Part shown: positions 42,521-55,409 of the stretch, in pieces
Layout: every line of letters starts with the position of its first letter
Position numbering within the stretch: position 1 is the stretch's first letter
Assembly: GCA_964016885.1 (NCBI GenBank)
Contig: OZ024750.1
Location: 8,308,001 to 8,372,000, forward strand
DNA length: 64,000 bases
Origin: Eledone cirrhosa
Taxonomy: Eukaryota
Direction of reading: 5' to 3'
Made by a program: the position numbers and the translations under genes
Notes under the pieces: generated by a model
What the model was told of the DNA's origin: nothing
Database searches by the model: none
Seen by the model: only the letters and a program-made list of their open reading frames with translations

Positions 42521-43657
42521 TATCCTCTGGGGAAACGCCTTCCCCGTTCTGTCTGCTGGGGCTGTGGAGAGGCCAGCACGTGGGACCCCATTTGCTCACC
42601 ATACAAAGAGATGGGGAGGGTGAGAGAGATGGAGGTGATGACAATGGGAGTTCAGCTCTTCCACGTTCGGACCATATCTTTGTGGTTGTGTTCATTAAGC
42701 ATGTACAAACCGAGGTGTGATATGGCTGTGCACAATTGACATGATTGCTAGAAAACTGCTAAATATCAAAGTTGAGTATGTTTAACATTGTGAATAGATT
42801 TCATTCCTATGTATAGTGGCAGGAGCTCACTTCAGAATATTTAATAAACAAGTTTTTCATGATAATAATTCAATGACAATGTAATCTTTAGAAAATGTCA
42901 GTTTTCAGTTTAGTAATCTATCATAGGAAGATGTTTGCATGAATGTTTATGTGTCACTGTTTGTATGTTTATATGTATACATCCTTTAGTAGGCCATAAG
43001 AACTCTTTTTTTTTTTTGAGAACTGAAACAAGAAAAAACTGGGGGGGGGGGACTACTACTTTCTGCCCCACAAATCATTATTTTCTTTATTGGTAAATTT
43101 CCTTATGTTTTTTTAATTTCTTTTTATTAAAAGCATATGTCTAAATCATTCATATATGTCCATTGCTTCTTTCATTTGTAAAGATGGGTCAGCAAATACT
43201 TAAAAGCTCTTCTATATATATTTGTTTCTTTTCTAGTGTTAAAATCCATTGCTCCTTTATATTTAATATTATCTAAATAGATAGGTGGTATTATAGAACA
43301 TTCAACACAGAACACAATGCTCCAGTATGACCTTTTTCATGACAGATAAAACAAATTCAAGAACTAAAGAACATAATGTAGTCTTTCTTCTGTAGAGGCA
43401 CATGCATGTTTGTAGAGTTAAAGAGTTTATTTTGCAGCCATGTGGTTTCAGGTTCAGCCCCATTGTGTGGTACCTTGAGCATGTGTCTTCTACTATGGCA
43501 TTGGTGTGGACAATACTTTCTGAGTGGAATTAGATGATGGAATATGTGTGGAAGCTCATCATACACAGGCACACATACACACACACACACATATATATAT
43601 ATATGAGAGAGAGGGAGAGAAATAGAGAGAGAGATGTGTGTATGTACCTTATGTACC

Positions 43658-44165
43658 TTACCTAAATACAAAGTAAAACCTACTACAGTCAGTAGGCATC
43701 TCTAACAAAATACACCCCCGTCCCACCACCCCACCCCATCCACACCGCCCCTTCCAATGTAAAGTTATGTTGGTGCCACAACATCCAGGCCGAAACAAAT
43801 GAGATTGTGTAGGTGTCATGACAAAAAAAGACACAGTCCACGCTGTAATGTGGCCGTGTAGGCAACACGGTAAAAACCTCCCAGTCCCACACTGTAAATG
43901 TGGTTGGTGTTAGGAAGGGCATCCAGCTGTAGAAAACCCGCCAGACAGTCCACGCTGTAATGTGGCCATGTAGGCAACACGGTAAAAACCTCCCAGTCCA
44001 TACTGTAAATGTGGTTGGTGTTAGGAAGGGCATCCAGCTGTAGAAAACCCGCCAGACAGTCCTATGCGAGCAAGACAACCACCCTTGCCTCAAGTGGGAA
44101 AACTCCCGTCCAAACCCATGCAAGCGTGGAACATGGACGTTAAACGATGATGATGATGATGATGA
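43658..44165 (+). mobile_element. 3' UTR copy of the same RTE LINE, with an internal ~120-bp tandem duplication
   Basis: Reverse complement of 56940-57335; block cagtccacgctgtaatg...ccgccagacagtcc occurs twice; (GAT)n tail. Confidence 0.88.
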
Positions 44166-44618
44166 CACACACACATATATATATATATGTGTGTGTGTAG
44201 TCGGGTGTGTGTGATGATGGACTAAAATCTCGTCAGCATTATGCCCCAACATGGCCGCAGTATAATGACTGAAACCAAAATAAAAACTAATAAGAAAATA
44301 AAAACATGTACAATTCTGTTGAGATGATAGCAAATATACTGTCCACAGAACGTTTTATGGGATTTTTAATGAGAATTGAGATAATCTGAGAGATTATAAA
44401 GCACTGAACTAAATTCTCTGTTATAGTTAGATTTCTGCTTCATGCTTTAGAGTGTTGCATAAAATTGGCCTAGCTTAGCTTTGCATTTATATGGAGTTAA
44501 TAAATAAGGACCAGTGCAACTGGGCAACCACCTAGGTCCCATACCATGAATAGGTAAATTACTGAACTGTAACTGATCACAGTTTTATACAAATTTATAT
44601 ATATTTAATTAAATATAT

Positions 44619-45282
44619 GATAATTGTTTCTACATTTTTGGCACAAGGCCAGCAATTATCCCAGTGTATTACTGATACTTTATTCTATCAACCCCGTAAG
44701 GATGAAAGGCAAAGTTAACCTCAGTGGGATTTGAACTCTGAACGTAAAGGGCCGTAACTCTATGTTGCAAAGCATGGTGTCAGACCCTCTACCGATACTG
44801 CTAATCCACCAATTAAATATATAATAATGAGCCGGCCCTAACCTGTAGGTTGTTTTGTTGATCAAACAACTGGATCAATTGTCATAGCAACCTTCAGAGA
44901 CCCATTTACTAATGCATTCATTAATATGGTATTTTGTTATAGAGAACATACAATACTTTTTTTTTATAATTTGATATGTTGTTTAATATTCATGTTATTA
45001 TTATTATTTTAAGAGCGATGGATTGGCAGTATTGGTAGAAGGTCAGACGCCATGCTTTGTAGCAAGAGTTACAGTCCTTTATGATCTGAGTTCAAATCCT
45101 GCCAAGGTTAACTTTGCCTTTCATCCTTACGGGGTCGATAAAATAAAGTACCAGTCATGCACTGGGGTCGATTTAATCGACTTTCCCCTCCCCCAAAATT
45201 GCTGGCCTTGTGCCTATATAAGAAACCATTATTATTATTTTTTTTTTGCTGGCCTTGTGTCAAAAGTAGAAACAATTATTAT
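44619..45282. mobile_element. Head-to-head pair of SINE family A copies (44619-44811 minus, 45017-45282 plus)
   Basis: Oppositely oriented copies ~200 bp apart, directly upstream of exon 45310; further copies near 3686-3870, 40275-40463, 46817-47032, 53203-53312 and 53742-53813. Confidence 0.8.
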
Positions 45283-45309
45283 TACTATTTTTTGTTTTCT
45301 AATTTCTAG

Positions 45310-45462
45310 TCGACATTTGGTGACAAACTGGTGACAAAATACCTGTTCGACAGTGACTTCAGCGATGACCCTCAACTACCTTCTCCAAATCAACTCAAGT
45401 ATAAAATTTTAATTAAAAATAAAAAATTAAAAGATTTTGATAACCAAACTACAATTAAAAAG
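45310..45462 (+). CDS. PLCE1: PLC epsilon exon, end of X box
   Basis: ttctag acceptor, AAG|gtgagt donor, 153 nt; [39 protein letters not shown]. Confidence 0.96.
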
Positions 45463-45814
45463 GTGAGTTCTTTCTCCTTCTTCTTTTTCTTCTTCTTTTT
45501 CTTCACCCACTTATTCCTGAGAGTTGTGGAAGGTGAATTCCTCAAATGAAAATTTATCAAAATACTGATAATACTGATAATAAAGTACCAGTAATGCACT
45601 GGGGTCAATTTAATCGACTTTCCTCTCCCAAAATAATCGTTAGCTTTGTGCTTAAATCTTTATTTATTATTATTAAATCTTTATTTATTATTTATTATTA
45701 CTTTTTCTTTGGTTTCCTCATAATTTCATTGTTGTTCTGTCAATATTGGGTTGCTACATATAAACCTGCCTTCCGCAACATTAGGTATTTAGCATCTGTC
45801 ATATGGTCTATGTA

Positions 45815-46052
45815 AGGCACATGGCTTAGTGGTTAGATCATTGGGCTTAAAATCGAAAGGTTGTGAGTTCAATTCTCGGACCGGGTGATGTGTTGTTTCC
45901 TTGAGCAAGACACTTTATTTCACGTTGCTCCAGTTTACTCAGCTGTAAAAATGAGATGATAGGACTGGGGTCCCTATCATTAAATCACCCAAGACACCTC
46001 CAGCGAGATATACCTTGGAGGAGGCCAGCTAAACCTGCATAGGTGTGAGCTA
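45815..46052 (+). mobile_element. SINE family B head with a different 3' part
   Basis: Same A/B-box head and core up to gggtccctatcatt, then a distinct tail also present inverted at 39287-39433. Confidence 0.8.
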
Positions 46053-46587
46053 TCACACACACACATATGGTCTATGCTGTGCCAAGCAAACAACGTTTCT
46101 GTAAAGTCAAGAAATTCAATTCAATATCAAACATTTTAAACAAACTAATTAAACTTCAACCCACTCTCCCTAAGACTCCTAATATAATTGAGACAACAAC
46201 TTTATGGAAATTCCAAATTCTCTAACTTTGTTACATTAGTTCATGGTATTTTTCTATTTTGTTGCATAACAATGCTCTCTTTTTTTTTATTGGGTATAAC
46301 ACTATCTGGGCACGAATGTTCAATTTGGCTGTCGGTTTGAATCTTCATATCCCATTAGTATCAGGGACATGGTCTGTTTTATAATCTCTGTCTTCCATGT
46401 TTTATTATCCATGCTTTTAATCTCCTCTTTGTTTCATTTGATAACTCCGCCACCATCACCAACACCGCCACCACCATCACAACCACCAACATCACCACCA
46501 CCACCTCCATACTTTATCAGATCATTGAAACATGTTTTTCTGCCATTTTCCACTGACCAGTAATTATTATTGTATGTTTTAAACACA

Positions 46588-46625
<38 letters not shown>

Positions 46626-47884
46626 GAGTAATAGTGGGTAAGAGGCCAGACTAAAGGTCTCTGAATATTGGCCTTGTCCGTTTAGAAATACTATCCTCGT
46701 ATGATTTCACTTTTCTGGTGTTGGGAGCAAAATATACCAATATTGTTCTAGAATTGATTCTATTAATTATAGCTTTTCTTAAATCGGAAACCATTAATTA
46801 TCTTTTTTCTTAGTGGGGGGTTGGCAGCATCAGTAGAGCGTTAGACACCATGCTTCGCAGCATAGAGTTACGGCCCTTTATGTACTGAGTTCAAATACCG
46901 TTGAGATTAGCTTTGCCTTTCATCTTTATGGGGGCGATAAAATAAAGAACCAGTCACACACTAGGGTCGTTTTAATTGAATGTTCCCGCTCCGTCAAATT
47001 GCTGGCCTTGTGCTTAAAGTAGAAACCATTAATTATAATTTTTGTTTCCTTCCTACAAAATCTAGTTTGGTGAACTTTTGGTGTTGGAATAAAACAAAAA
47101 AAAAACAAAAAAAAACACCAATAATATGCTGGAGTTGATTCTATTGACTTTAGCTTCTCTCTTCCTAGAAAATTAGTCTGTTGTCCAGGCAAATGAAATC
47201 ATTACACATATAAATATTGTTTCTTTGGGGTTGTTAGACAATGCTAGTAACATAAAGATGAATAACCTAAGGTGAAGGTCATCAGATATATACTGTTATA
47301 TAACAACATTTACAAAAGGCTGTTCTAATCAAAACAGTCTTTTGGAAATATTCCATCCCAATTTAACAAGTTCTAGCTATTTTTAAGAATTTCATATTTC
47401 CTTGGAGATTTTTGTTAAATAATTCCTAAGAACCCCCAATTTTCACTGAAATAATTTTCACACTTTTCAGAGACCAAATTTTCAGTAGTGATGTAGTAGT
47501 ATTCTGATCTTCAAAAATGTCATCACCACCATTTATCATCATCATCATCACCATCATCATAACTATCACTATCATCACCATCACCACCATTATCATCATC
47601 ACCATCACTGTCATCACCATCACCACCACCATCACCATCATCATTATCATCATATTGATAGATGGATAGATGGATAGATAGATAGATAGATAGGTGTCTT
47701 TATTTTCCATAGAGAGATACATACATAGGTAGATAACTACAGATAGCTGTTGGTGGACCACTGATCATCTAATCACAACTGTGTGACCATTTCTCAAACA
47801 TATCTAGCACAAAGCAGTTCTCTTGTGGAAGTTGTTTTATTATAAAGATAATATATATATATTATTATATATATTATTATAAAG

Positions 47885-47922
<38 letters not shown>

Positions 47923-48037
47923 ATATATGCGTGTATATATATATATATATGTGTGCGGGCGGGGTATGTATGTGTGTGTAAAAGAAATTAGTTTCTTTCG
48001 TAAAATGTTCCTAATAAAAATATTATTTCCTTGACAG

Positions 48038-48146
48038 GTCTGTACCCACTCACGAACAAGTAGTATGATCTCTTCTGAAAGTGCTTCAATTAATTTTGAA
48101 GAGGACGATGATGAAGACGATGATGAAGATGATGATGTTGCAGATG
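48038..48146 (+). CDS. PLCE1: PLC epsilon exon, acidic X-Y linker (end 48146 if GC donor, 48150 if GT donor)
   Basis: ttgacag acceptor in phase 0; VCTHSRTSSMISSESASINFEEDDDEDDDEDDDVAD, an acidic run typical of the PLC autoinhibitory X-Y linker; donor ambiguous. Confidence 0.8.
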
Positions 48147-49519
48147 GCAAGTAATTTTTATTATTGTTGTTATGTTATTTTATTCATGTTTTTTTTTTTT
48201 TTCTTTCAGTTTATCATTCATTAGATGAATTTTGTTTGAATTACTAAAATGAAGAATTATTTATCTATTATAAAGCAGACCCCTGATCTCCCTGCCAGGG
48301 AGATCAGGGGTCTGCTTTAGTACTGACTTGGTCTATGTAAACTTGTCCCACTCTTTCACCTTGCCCTGCCTGGGTGATTAGTGGCTCAGCTTCAGTACTG
48401 ACTTAGTTGATATAGATCCATCCAAGCCTTTTTCCCAGGCCTGCCTGGGAGATCAGTGGCTCCGCCTCAGTACTGACTTGGACTATATAGACCCATCCAA
48501 TCATTACTAATAGGGAAATCAGACATTAAAATGCCAACTTCATACTGATTTATATTGACTAGTGTCCTAATCTTTGTTTTTATTGTCCCAGTGTTTATAG
48601 TCATTGTACTTTCATTCTCTTCTGATGCCCGTCATAATTGGTAACATTTTAGGGATTTCAAACTAAACCCATGAGAGGTAGATGGTTACTGTTCCATTGT
48701 CCATACCCATGATACCCTTGTACAAGATTAGTTATTGTGATACTACTTGCTCATTTTGTTAAAGTCGTTAGCATTTAAACCAGCCGTATCCAGCCAGAAT
48801 TCTGGCTGCTCATTTTTATGTTAAGGTATTGTCCTCATTTCCATAGAACACCTGAAAGTTGTCTAAGATTGGACTGATTACAAATTAGGGTTAAATACAA
48901 AAATACAAACGTTGAGGTTAAAAATCTGTAAATATTTTCAGCTGAGTATATTGGAACAATGTGAAATAAAGTGTTTTGTTTAAGAACACAACACATAACC
49001 CAGCCCAGGAATCAAACTCATAACATTATGATGGTATGTCCAACACTCTTACCACTAGGCCACTCACCACCACATGGTGATTGAAGATGACTATGATTGA
49101 AGATGGTTAAGATGTTCTCTTCACAATCACTAAGTTTCAGGTTTAATACCACTGTGCATCTTGGCCAAATGTCATTTAACATAGCTATAGGTCAACCTGT
49201 GACCCATGAGTGAAATTGGGCAGTCAGAAACTGTTTGGAAGCCTGTTGGATGTACTGTGTGTGCATCACGCTACATCTCCTTGAGAATTACATAACTGGT
49301 ACACGTGTCTGTGGAATGCTCAGCCACTTGCATGTTAATTTCATGAGCAGACTGTTCCATGGACTGAACAACTGTAACACTCATCATGGATTCTGACGGA
49401 GATCCATTCCACATTAGGGTGTGGTTTACTGATCTGTTGCTAGTAGGGTTGTTTTAGGGTTCACTGTTAGTGAGAGAGACAGAGAGTAATGGTGGTTGTG
49501 AGAGTGGCGGAGGTATTGG

Positions 49520-52500
49520 TTGGTACTGCAGGTGTTGGTGGTGATGGTAGTAGTGATGGTGGTGCTGGTGTTAGTGGTGGTAATGGTAATAGTGTTGGTG
49601 GCAGTGGTGGTAGTAGTGATAGTGCTGGTGTTGGTGCTGTTATTGGTAATATGTAGTAGTAGTAGTGGTAGTGCTGGTGGTAGTATAGATGGTGGTGGTA
49701 ATGCTGGTGCTGGTGTGTGGTAATAGTGTTGGTGGCAGTGGTGGTGTTGGTAATAGTGTTGGTAATAGTGTTGGTGGCAGTGGTGGTGTTGGTAATAGTG
49801 TTGGTGGCAGTGGTGGTGTTGGTAATAGTGTTGGTAATAGTGTTGGTGGCAGTGGTGGTGTTGGTAATAGTGTTGGTGGCAGTGGTGGTGTTGGTAATAG
49901 TGTTGGTAATAGTGTTGGTGGCAGTGGTGGTGTTGGTAATAGTGTTGGTAATAGTGTTGGTGGCAGTGGTGGTGTTGGTAATAGTGTTGGTAATAGTGTT
50001 GGTGGCAGTGGTGGTGTTGGTAATAGTGTTGGTAATAGTGTTGGTGGCAGTGGTGGTGTTGGTAATAGTGTTGGTAATAGTGTTGGTGGCAGTGGTGGTG
50101 TTGGTAATAGTGTTGGTGGCAGTGGTGGTGTTGGTAATAGTGTTGGTAATAGTGTTGGTGGCAGTGGTGGTGTTGGTAATAGTGTTGGTGGCAGTGGTGG
50201 TGTTGGTAATAGTGTTGGTAATAGTGTTGGTGGCAGTGGTGGTGTTGGTAATAGTGTTGGTAATAGTGTTGGTGGCAGTGGTGGTGTTGGTAATAGTGTT
50301 GGTGGCAGTGGTGGTGTTGGTAATAGTGTTGGTAATAGTGTTGGTGGCAGTGGTGGTGTTGGTAATAGTGTTGGTGGCAGTGGTGGTGTTGGTAATAGTG
50401 TTGGTAATAGTGTTGGTGGCAGTGGTGGTGTTGGTAATAGTGTTGGTAATAGTGTTGGTGGCAGTGGTGGTGTTGGTAATAGTGTTGGTGGCAGTGGTGG
50501 TGTTGGTAATAGTGTTGGTAATAGTGTTGGTGGCAGTGGTGGTGTTGGTAATAGTGTTGGTGGCAGTGGTGGTGTTGGTAATAGTGTTGGTAATAGTGTT
50601 GGTGGCAGTGGTGGTGTTGGTAATAGTGTTGGTAATAGTGTTGGTGGCAGTGGTGGTGTTGGTAATAGTGTTGGTAATAGTGTTGGTGGCAGTGGTGGTG
50701 TTGGTAATAGTGTTGGTAATAGTGTTGGTGGCAGTGGTGGTGTTGGTAATAGTGTTGGTAATAGTGTTGGTGGCAGTGGTGGTGTTGGTAATAGTGTTGG
50801 TGGCAGTGGTGGTGTTGGTAATAGTGTTGGTGGCAGTGGTGGTGTTGGTAATAGTGTTGGTAATAGTGTTGGTGGCAGTGGTGGTGTTGGTAATAGTGTT
50901 GGTGGCAGTGGTGGTGTTGGTAATAGTGTTGGTAATAGTGTTGGTGGCAGTGGTGGTGTTGGTAATAGTGTTGGTGGCAGTGGTGGTGTTGGTAATAGTG
51001 TTGGTGGCAGTGGTGGTGTTGGTAATAGTGTTGGTGGCAGTGGTGGTGTTGGTAATAGTGTTGGTGGCAGTGGTGGTGTTGGTAATAGTGTTGGTGGCAG
51101 TGGTGGTGTTGGTAATAGTGTTGGTGGCAGTGGTGGTGTTGGTAATAGTGTTGGTGGCAGTGGTGGTAGCAGCAATAGTGCTGGTTCTGGTAATAATGAT
51201 GATGGCCGTGGTAGTAGTGGTGGTGTTGTTGATAATGGTAATATTGGTAGCGATAGTACTGCTGGTAGTAGTGGTGGTGGTGGTGGTGGTGGTGGTGGTG
51301 GTGGTAGAAGTTGCTATGTGTTGTTGCTATGGAAACAGTCAATTTATTGCTCCTATACATCTCCTGTGATACATATTGACATATCGATGTCGTTGGGTGT
51401 GTCTCAGTACACTGTTGGATTTAATGTGACTAATAGCTTGGAGAGAAGACTAGATATAGTAATGATGGTGGTGGTGATGGGGTGATGGTGATGGTTGTGG
51501 TGGTGATGGGGGGATGATGGTGATGGTTGTGGTGGTGACAGTGGTGGTGGTGACAGTGACACTGGTTGTGTTGGTAGTGGTGTTGGTGGTGACAGTGGTG
51601 GTTGTGGTGACAGTGGTGGTGGTGGTGGTGATGGCTGTGGTAAAAGTGACACTGGTTGTGTTGTTGGTGGTGACAGTGGTGGTTGTGGTGGTGGTGGTAG
51701 TGACAGTGGTGGTGGTGGTGGTGGTGATGGCTGTGGTAAAAGTGACACTGGTTGTGTTGGTAGGGGTGGTGGTGGTGACAGTGTTGGTTGTGGTAGTGAC
51801 AGTGGTGGTGGTGGTGGTGGTGATGGCTGTGGTAAAAGTGACACTGGTTGTGTTGGTAGTGGTGACAGTGGTGGTGACAGTGGTGGTGGTGGTGGTGACA
51901 GTGGTGGTGGTGGTGGTGGTGACAGTGGTGGTGGTGGTGACAGTGGTGGTGGTGGTGGTGGTGATGGCTGTGGTAAAAGTGACACTGGTTGTGTTGGTGG
52001 TGGTGGTGACAGTGGTGGTTGTGGTGGTGGTGGTGGTGGTGGTGACAGTGGTGACAGTGGTGGCGGTGGTGTTGGTGGTGACAGTGGTGGCGGTGGTGAC
52101 AGTGGTGACAGTGACACTGGATGTGATTGTGGTGGTGGTGATGTTTGTGGTAGTAGTACCAATAGTGGTGGTAGTGGTACCAAAAGTGGTGGTAGTGGTA
52201 CCAATAGTGGTGGTAGTGGTACCAATAGTGGTGGTAGTGGTACCAAAAGTGGTGGTAGTGGTACCAATAGTGGTGGTAGTGGTACCAATAGTGGTGGTAG
52301 TGGTACCAAAAGTGGTGGTAGTGGTACCAATAGTGGTGGTAGTGGTACCAAAAGTGGTGGTAGTGGTACCAAAAGTGGTGGTAGTGGTACCAAAAGTGGT
52401 GGTAGTGGTACCAATAGTGGTGGTAGTGGTACCAATAGTGGTGGTAGTGGTACCAAAAGTGGTGGTAGTGGTACCAATAGTGGTGGTAGTGGTACCAATA

Positions 52501-53710
52501 GTGGTGGTAGTGGTACCAATAGTGGTGGTAGTGGTACCAATAGTGGTGGTAGTGGTACCAATAGTGGTGGTAGTGGTACCAAAAGTGGTGGTAGTGGTAC
52601 CAATAGTGGTGGTAGTGGTACCAATAGTGGTGGTATTGGTACCAATAGTGGTGGTAGTGGTACCAAAAGTGGTGGTAGTGGTACCAATAGTGGTGGTAGT
52701 GGTACCAAAAGTGGTGGTAGTGGTACCAATAGTGGTGGTAGTGGTACCAATAGTGGTGGTAGTGGTACCAATAGTGGTGGTAGTGGTACCAATAGTGATA
52801 GTGGTAACCATGGTAATACAGCTGATGGTGGCAGTGGTGTTTTAAGTGAAAGTAGTTGTAGAGTTGTCATTGTCTATAGTGGTGGTGGTAGTGGTGGTGG
52901 TAGTGGTGGTGGTGGTAGTGGTGGTAGTGGTGGTGGTGGTGGTGGTGGTAGTGGTGGTGGTAGTGGTGGTGGTGGTAGTGGTGGTAGTGGTGGTGGTGGT
53001 GGTAGTGGTGGTGGTGGTGGTGGTGGTGGTGGTAGTGGTGGTGGTAGTGGTGGTGGTGGTGGTGGTGGTGGTGGTGGTGGTGGTGGTGGTGGTGGTGGTG
53101 GTGGTGGTGGTGGTGGTGGTGGTGGTGGTAGTGGTGGTGGTGGTGGTGGTGGTGGTGGTGGTGGTGGTAGTGGTGGTGGTGGTGGTGGTAATGGTAATGT
53201 TGATAATTGTTTCTACTTTAGCCACAAGGCCAGCAATTAACCAGTGCATTACTGGTACTTTATTTTATTGACCCCGTAAGGATGAAAGGCAAAGTCAACC
53301 TCAGCGGGATTTGTGAATAAATGCAGTGTGAGTAAAGATGAAGAGTGGTGGTAGTGAGAGTAGTGGTGGTAGTAGTGAGAGTAGAGGTGGTAGTAAGAGT
53401 AGTAGTGGTAGTAGTGAGAGTAGTAGTGGTAGTAATGAGAGTAGTAGTGGTAGTGAGACTAGAGGTGGTAGTGAGAGTAGTGGTAATAGTGAGAGTAATG
53501 GTGGTAGTAGTGAGAGTAGTGGTGGTATTGGGAGTAGTGGTGGTAGTAGTGAGAGTAGTGGTGGTAGTGGGAGTAGTGGTGGTAGTAGTGAGAGTAGTGG
53601 TGGTATTGGGAGTAGTGGTGGTAGTAGTGAGAGTAGTGGTGGTAGTGGGAGTAGTGGTGGTAGTAGTGAGAGTAGTGGTGGTAGTAGTGAGACTAGAGGT
53701 GGTAGTGGCA
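49520..53710. repeat. Compound G/T-rich triplet-derived satellite block
   Basis: 12/24-bp units (gtgttggtaata, gtgttggtggcagtggtg) at 49715-51165; gtgaca/gtg units at 51520-52140; 21-bp gtagtggtaccaa(t/a)agtggtg at 52150-52795; (GTG)n at 52878-53190; gagagtagtggt units at 53345-53705. Confidence 0.95.
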
Positions 53711-54200
53711 TATGTGAAGAGACATGTTTTTTATGGTAATATTTGTTTCTACTTTTGGCACAAGGCCAGCAATTATTCCAGTGTATTACTGGTACTTTAT
53801 TTTATCGACCCCGATAGGTTTCATGAAATTGTTACAGGTGGTATTGTTTAGCCCTAGGTCAACATTGATAGAGTAGGCCTTTGGTCTTGTTGTTTAGCCC
53901 TAGGTCAATGTTGCTAGAGTAGGCCTCTGGGTCTTGTTGTTTAGCCCTTGGCAGAGGCATAACTAGGAAAAATAGCATCTATGGCAAGCAATGATTTTCC
54001 GCCCCTGCCCGGTACCGTATTTTTACCTATGAGTCCCCTTCATATATATATATATATATATATGTCAGTGGCTAGTTGAGAGAGAGTCGTATCGGTTGCC
54101 AGTTGCTAATCGCTTTACCGTGTCGGTTGTCACAAACAGTCATGACCGGCATGGGCCGGTGTTTGGATTCTGTCGATCGATTGGTTATTGATTAGGCGTT

Positions 54201-54300
54201 ACCCGCTGATGAAGCCGCATAAGCTGATTGTGCATTGTTGCATAATATATGCAGACAGATGGTGCAGTGCACCTTAGTGCTGCAGAAACTCGAGTCCGTG
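54201..54300 (+). ncRNA. Hammerhead-like motif with long stem II insertion, partly degenerate
   Basis: acccg-CTGATGA-agccgca...tgctgca-GAAAC-TCGA-GTC/cgtg; palindromic ACTCGAGT stem III; only 2 contiguous bp in stem I. Confidence 0.55.
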
Positions 54301-54599
54301 AACCTTATAGGCACCCGTTTTACGTGTTGTGTTGAGGCAAATAACTATGTGTATACTCTGGTAGTGTATCTTACATTGCCCATTGAGTGCGCTGAGATAC
54401 AACCGGTACTGGCATTGATAAATATGCTGGGTCCGTCAACCCTTATTATTATATATATATATATATATATATATATTAATATAACTGATTAAAGTTTAAG
54501 CAAAGAATCGCTGCTTTCACCCTTAATATATTTGATATATATTTATCTTTATCAAGCCCTCTTTGGATTTTAGTCTTCACATTTATTATTATTACTATA

Positions 54600-55083
54600 T
54601 CATCATCATCATCATCATCAACGTTTAACGTCCGTGTTCCACGCTTGCATGGGTTTGGACGGGGGTTTCCCACTTGAGGCAAGTGTGATTATCTTGCTCG
54701 CATAGGACTATCTGGCGGGTTTTCTACAGCTGGATGCCCTTCCTAACACCAACCACATTTACAGTGTGGGGCTGGGAGGTTTTTACCGTGTTGCCTACAC
54801 GGCCACATTACAGCGTGAACTGTGTGTTTTTTTGACGTGACACCTACACGATCTCATTTGTTTCGGCCTGGATGTTGTGGCACCAACATAACATTACATT
54901 GAAAGGGGCGGTGTGTATGGGGTGGGAGTGGTGGGACGGGGTGTATTTTGTTAGAGATGCCTACTGACTGTAGTAGGTTTTACTTTGTATTTAGGTAAGG
55001 CGGGTATTCTCTATTACTGAGTACCGCCAAAGGTCTCGGTCCAGTGACATTGTCTTGGAGAGGTGTAAGTGTGTGAGGTCGGA
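54600..55083 (-). mobile_element. Short 3'-end copy of the same RTE LINE
   Basis: Highly similar to 56939-57423 (last ~30 codons, 3' UTR, (CAT)n tail). Confidence 0.9.
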
Positions 55084-55368
55084 ATTATATATATATATAT
55101 AAGTATGTACTTATATATATATATAAGTATGTACACGTACATACATATATGTATGTACGTCTGTATACATATATGTATGTACGTGTACATACTTATATTT
55201 AAGTAACAGCCGTACTAAGAGTGGGAAATGAAATTTTGTTTCATTTTTTCCGTTTATCGTTTTCGGTGCACCCGGCCGATTAAACCACTCGATCTCCAAA
55301 TTGGGCTACTCAGCCGTTAATATGCATAAGTTAAATATATACGTTCAACAATCTGGCAGGATGGTATA

Positions 55369-55409
55369 CATTGCTGACAATAGATAATAAGCTTGAAACT
55401 AGTACAGCG
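55369..55409 (+). ncRNA. Degenerate minimal hammerhead motif (core G8 to A)
   Basis: cattg-CTGACAA-tagataataagctt-GAAAC-TA-GTA/cagcg; palindromic ACTAGT; imperfect stem I. Confidence 0.45.

Noticed and set aside
49426-53851. Very long ORFs (644, 598, 550, 511, 488, 453 and 443 aa) with His/Gln-, Gly/Ser-, Val- or Thr-rich repeats
   Set aside because: Translations of triplet-period satellites, open in several frames on both strands inside an intron; no splice or domain evidence.
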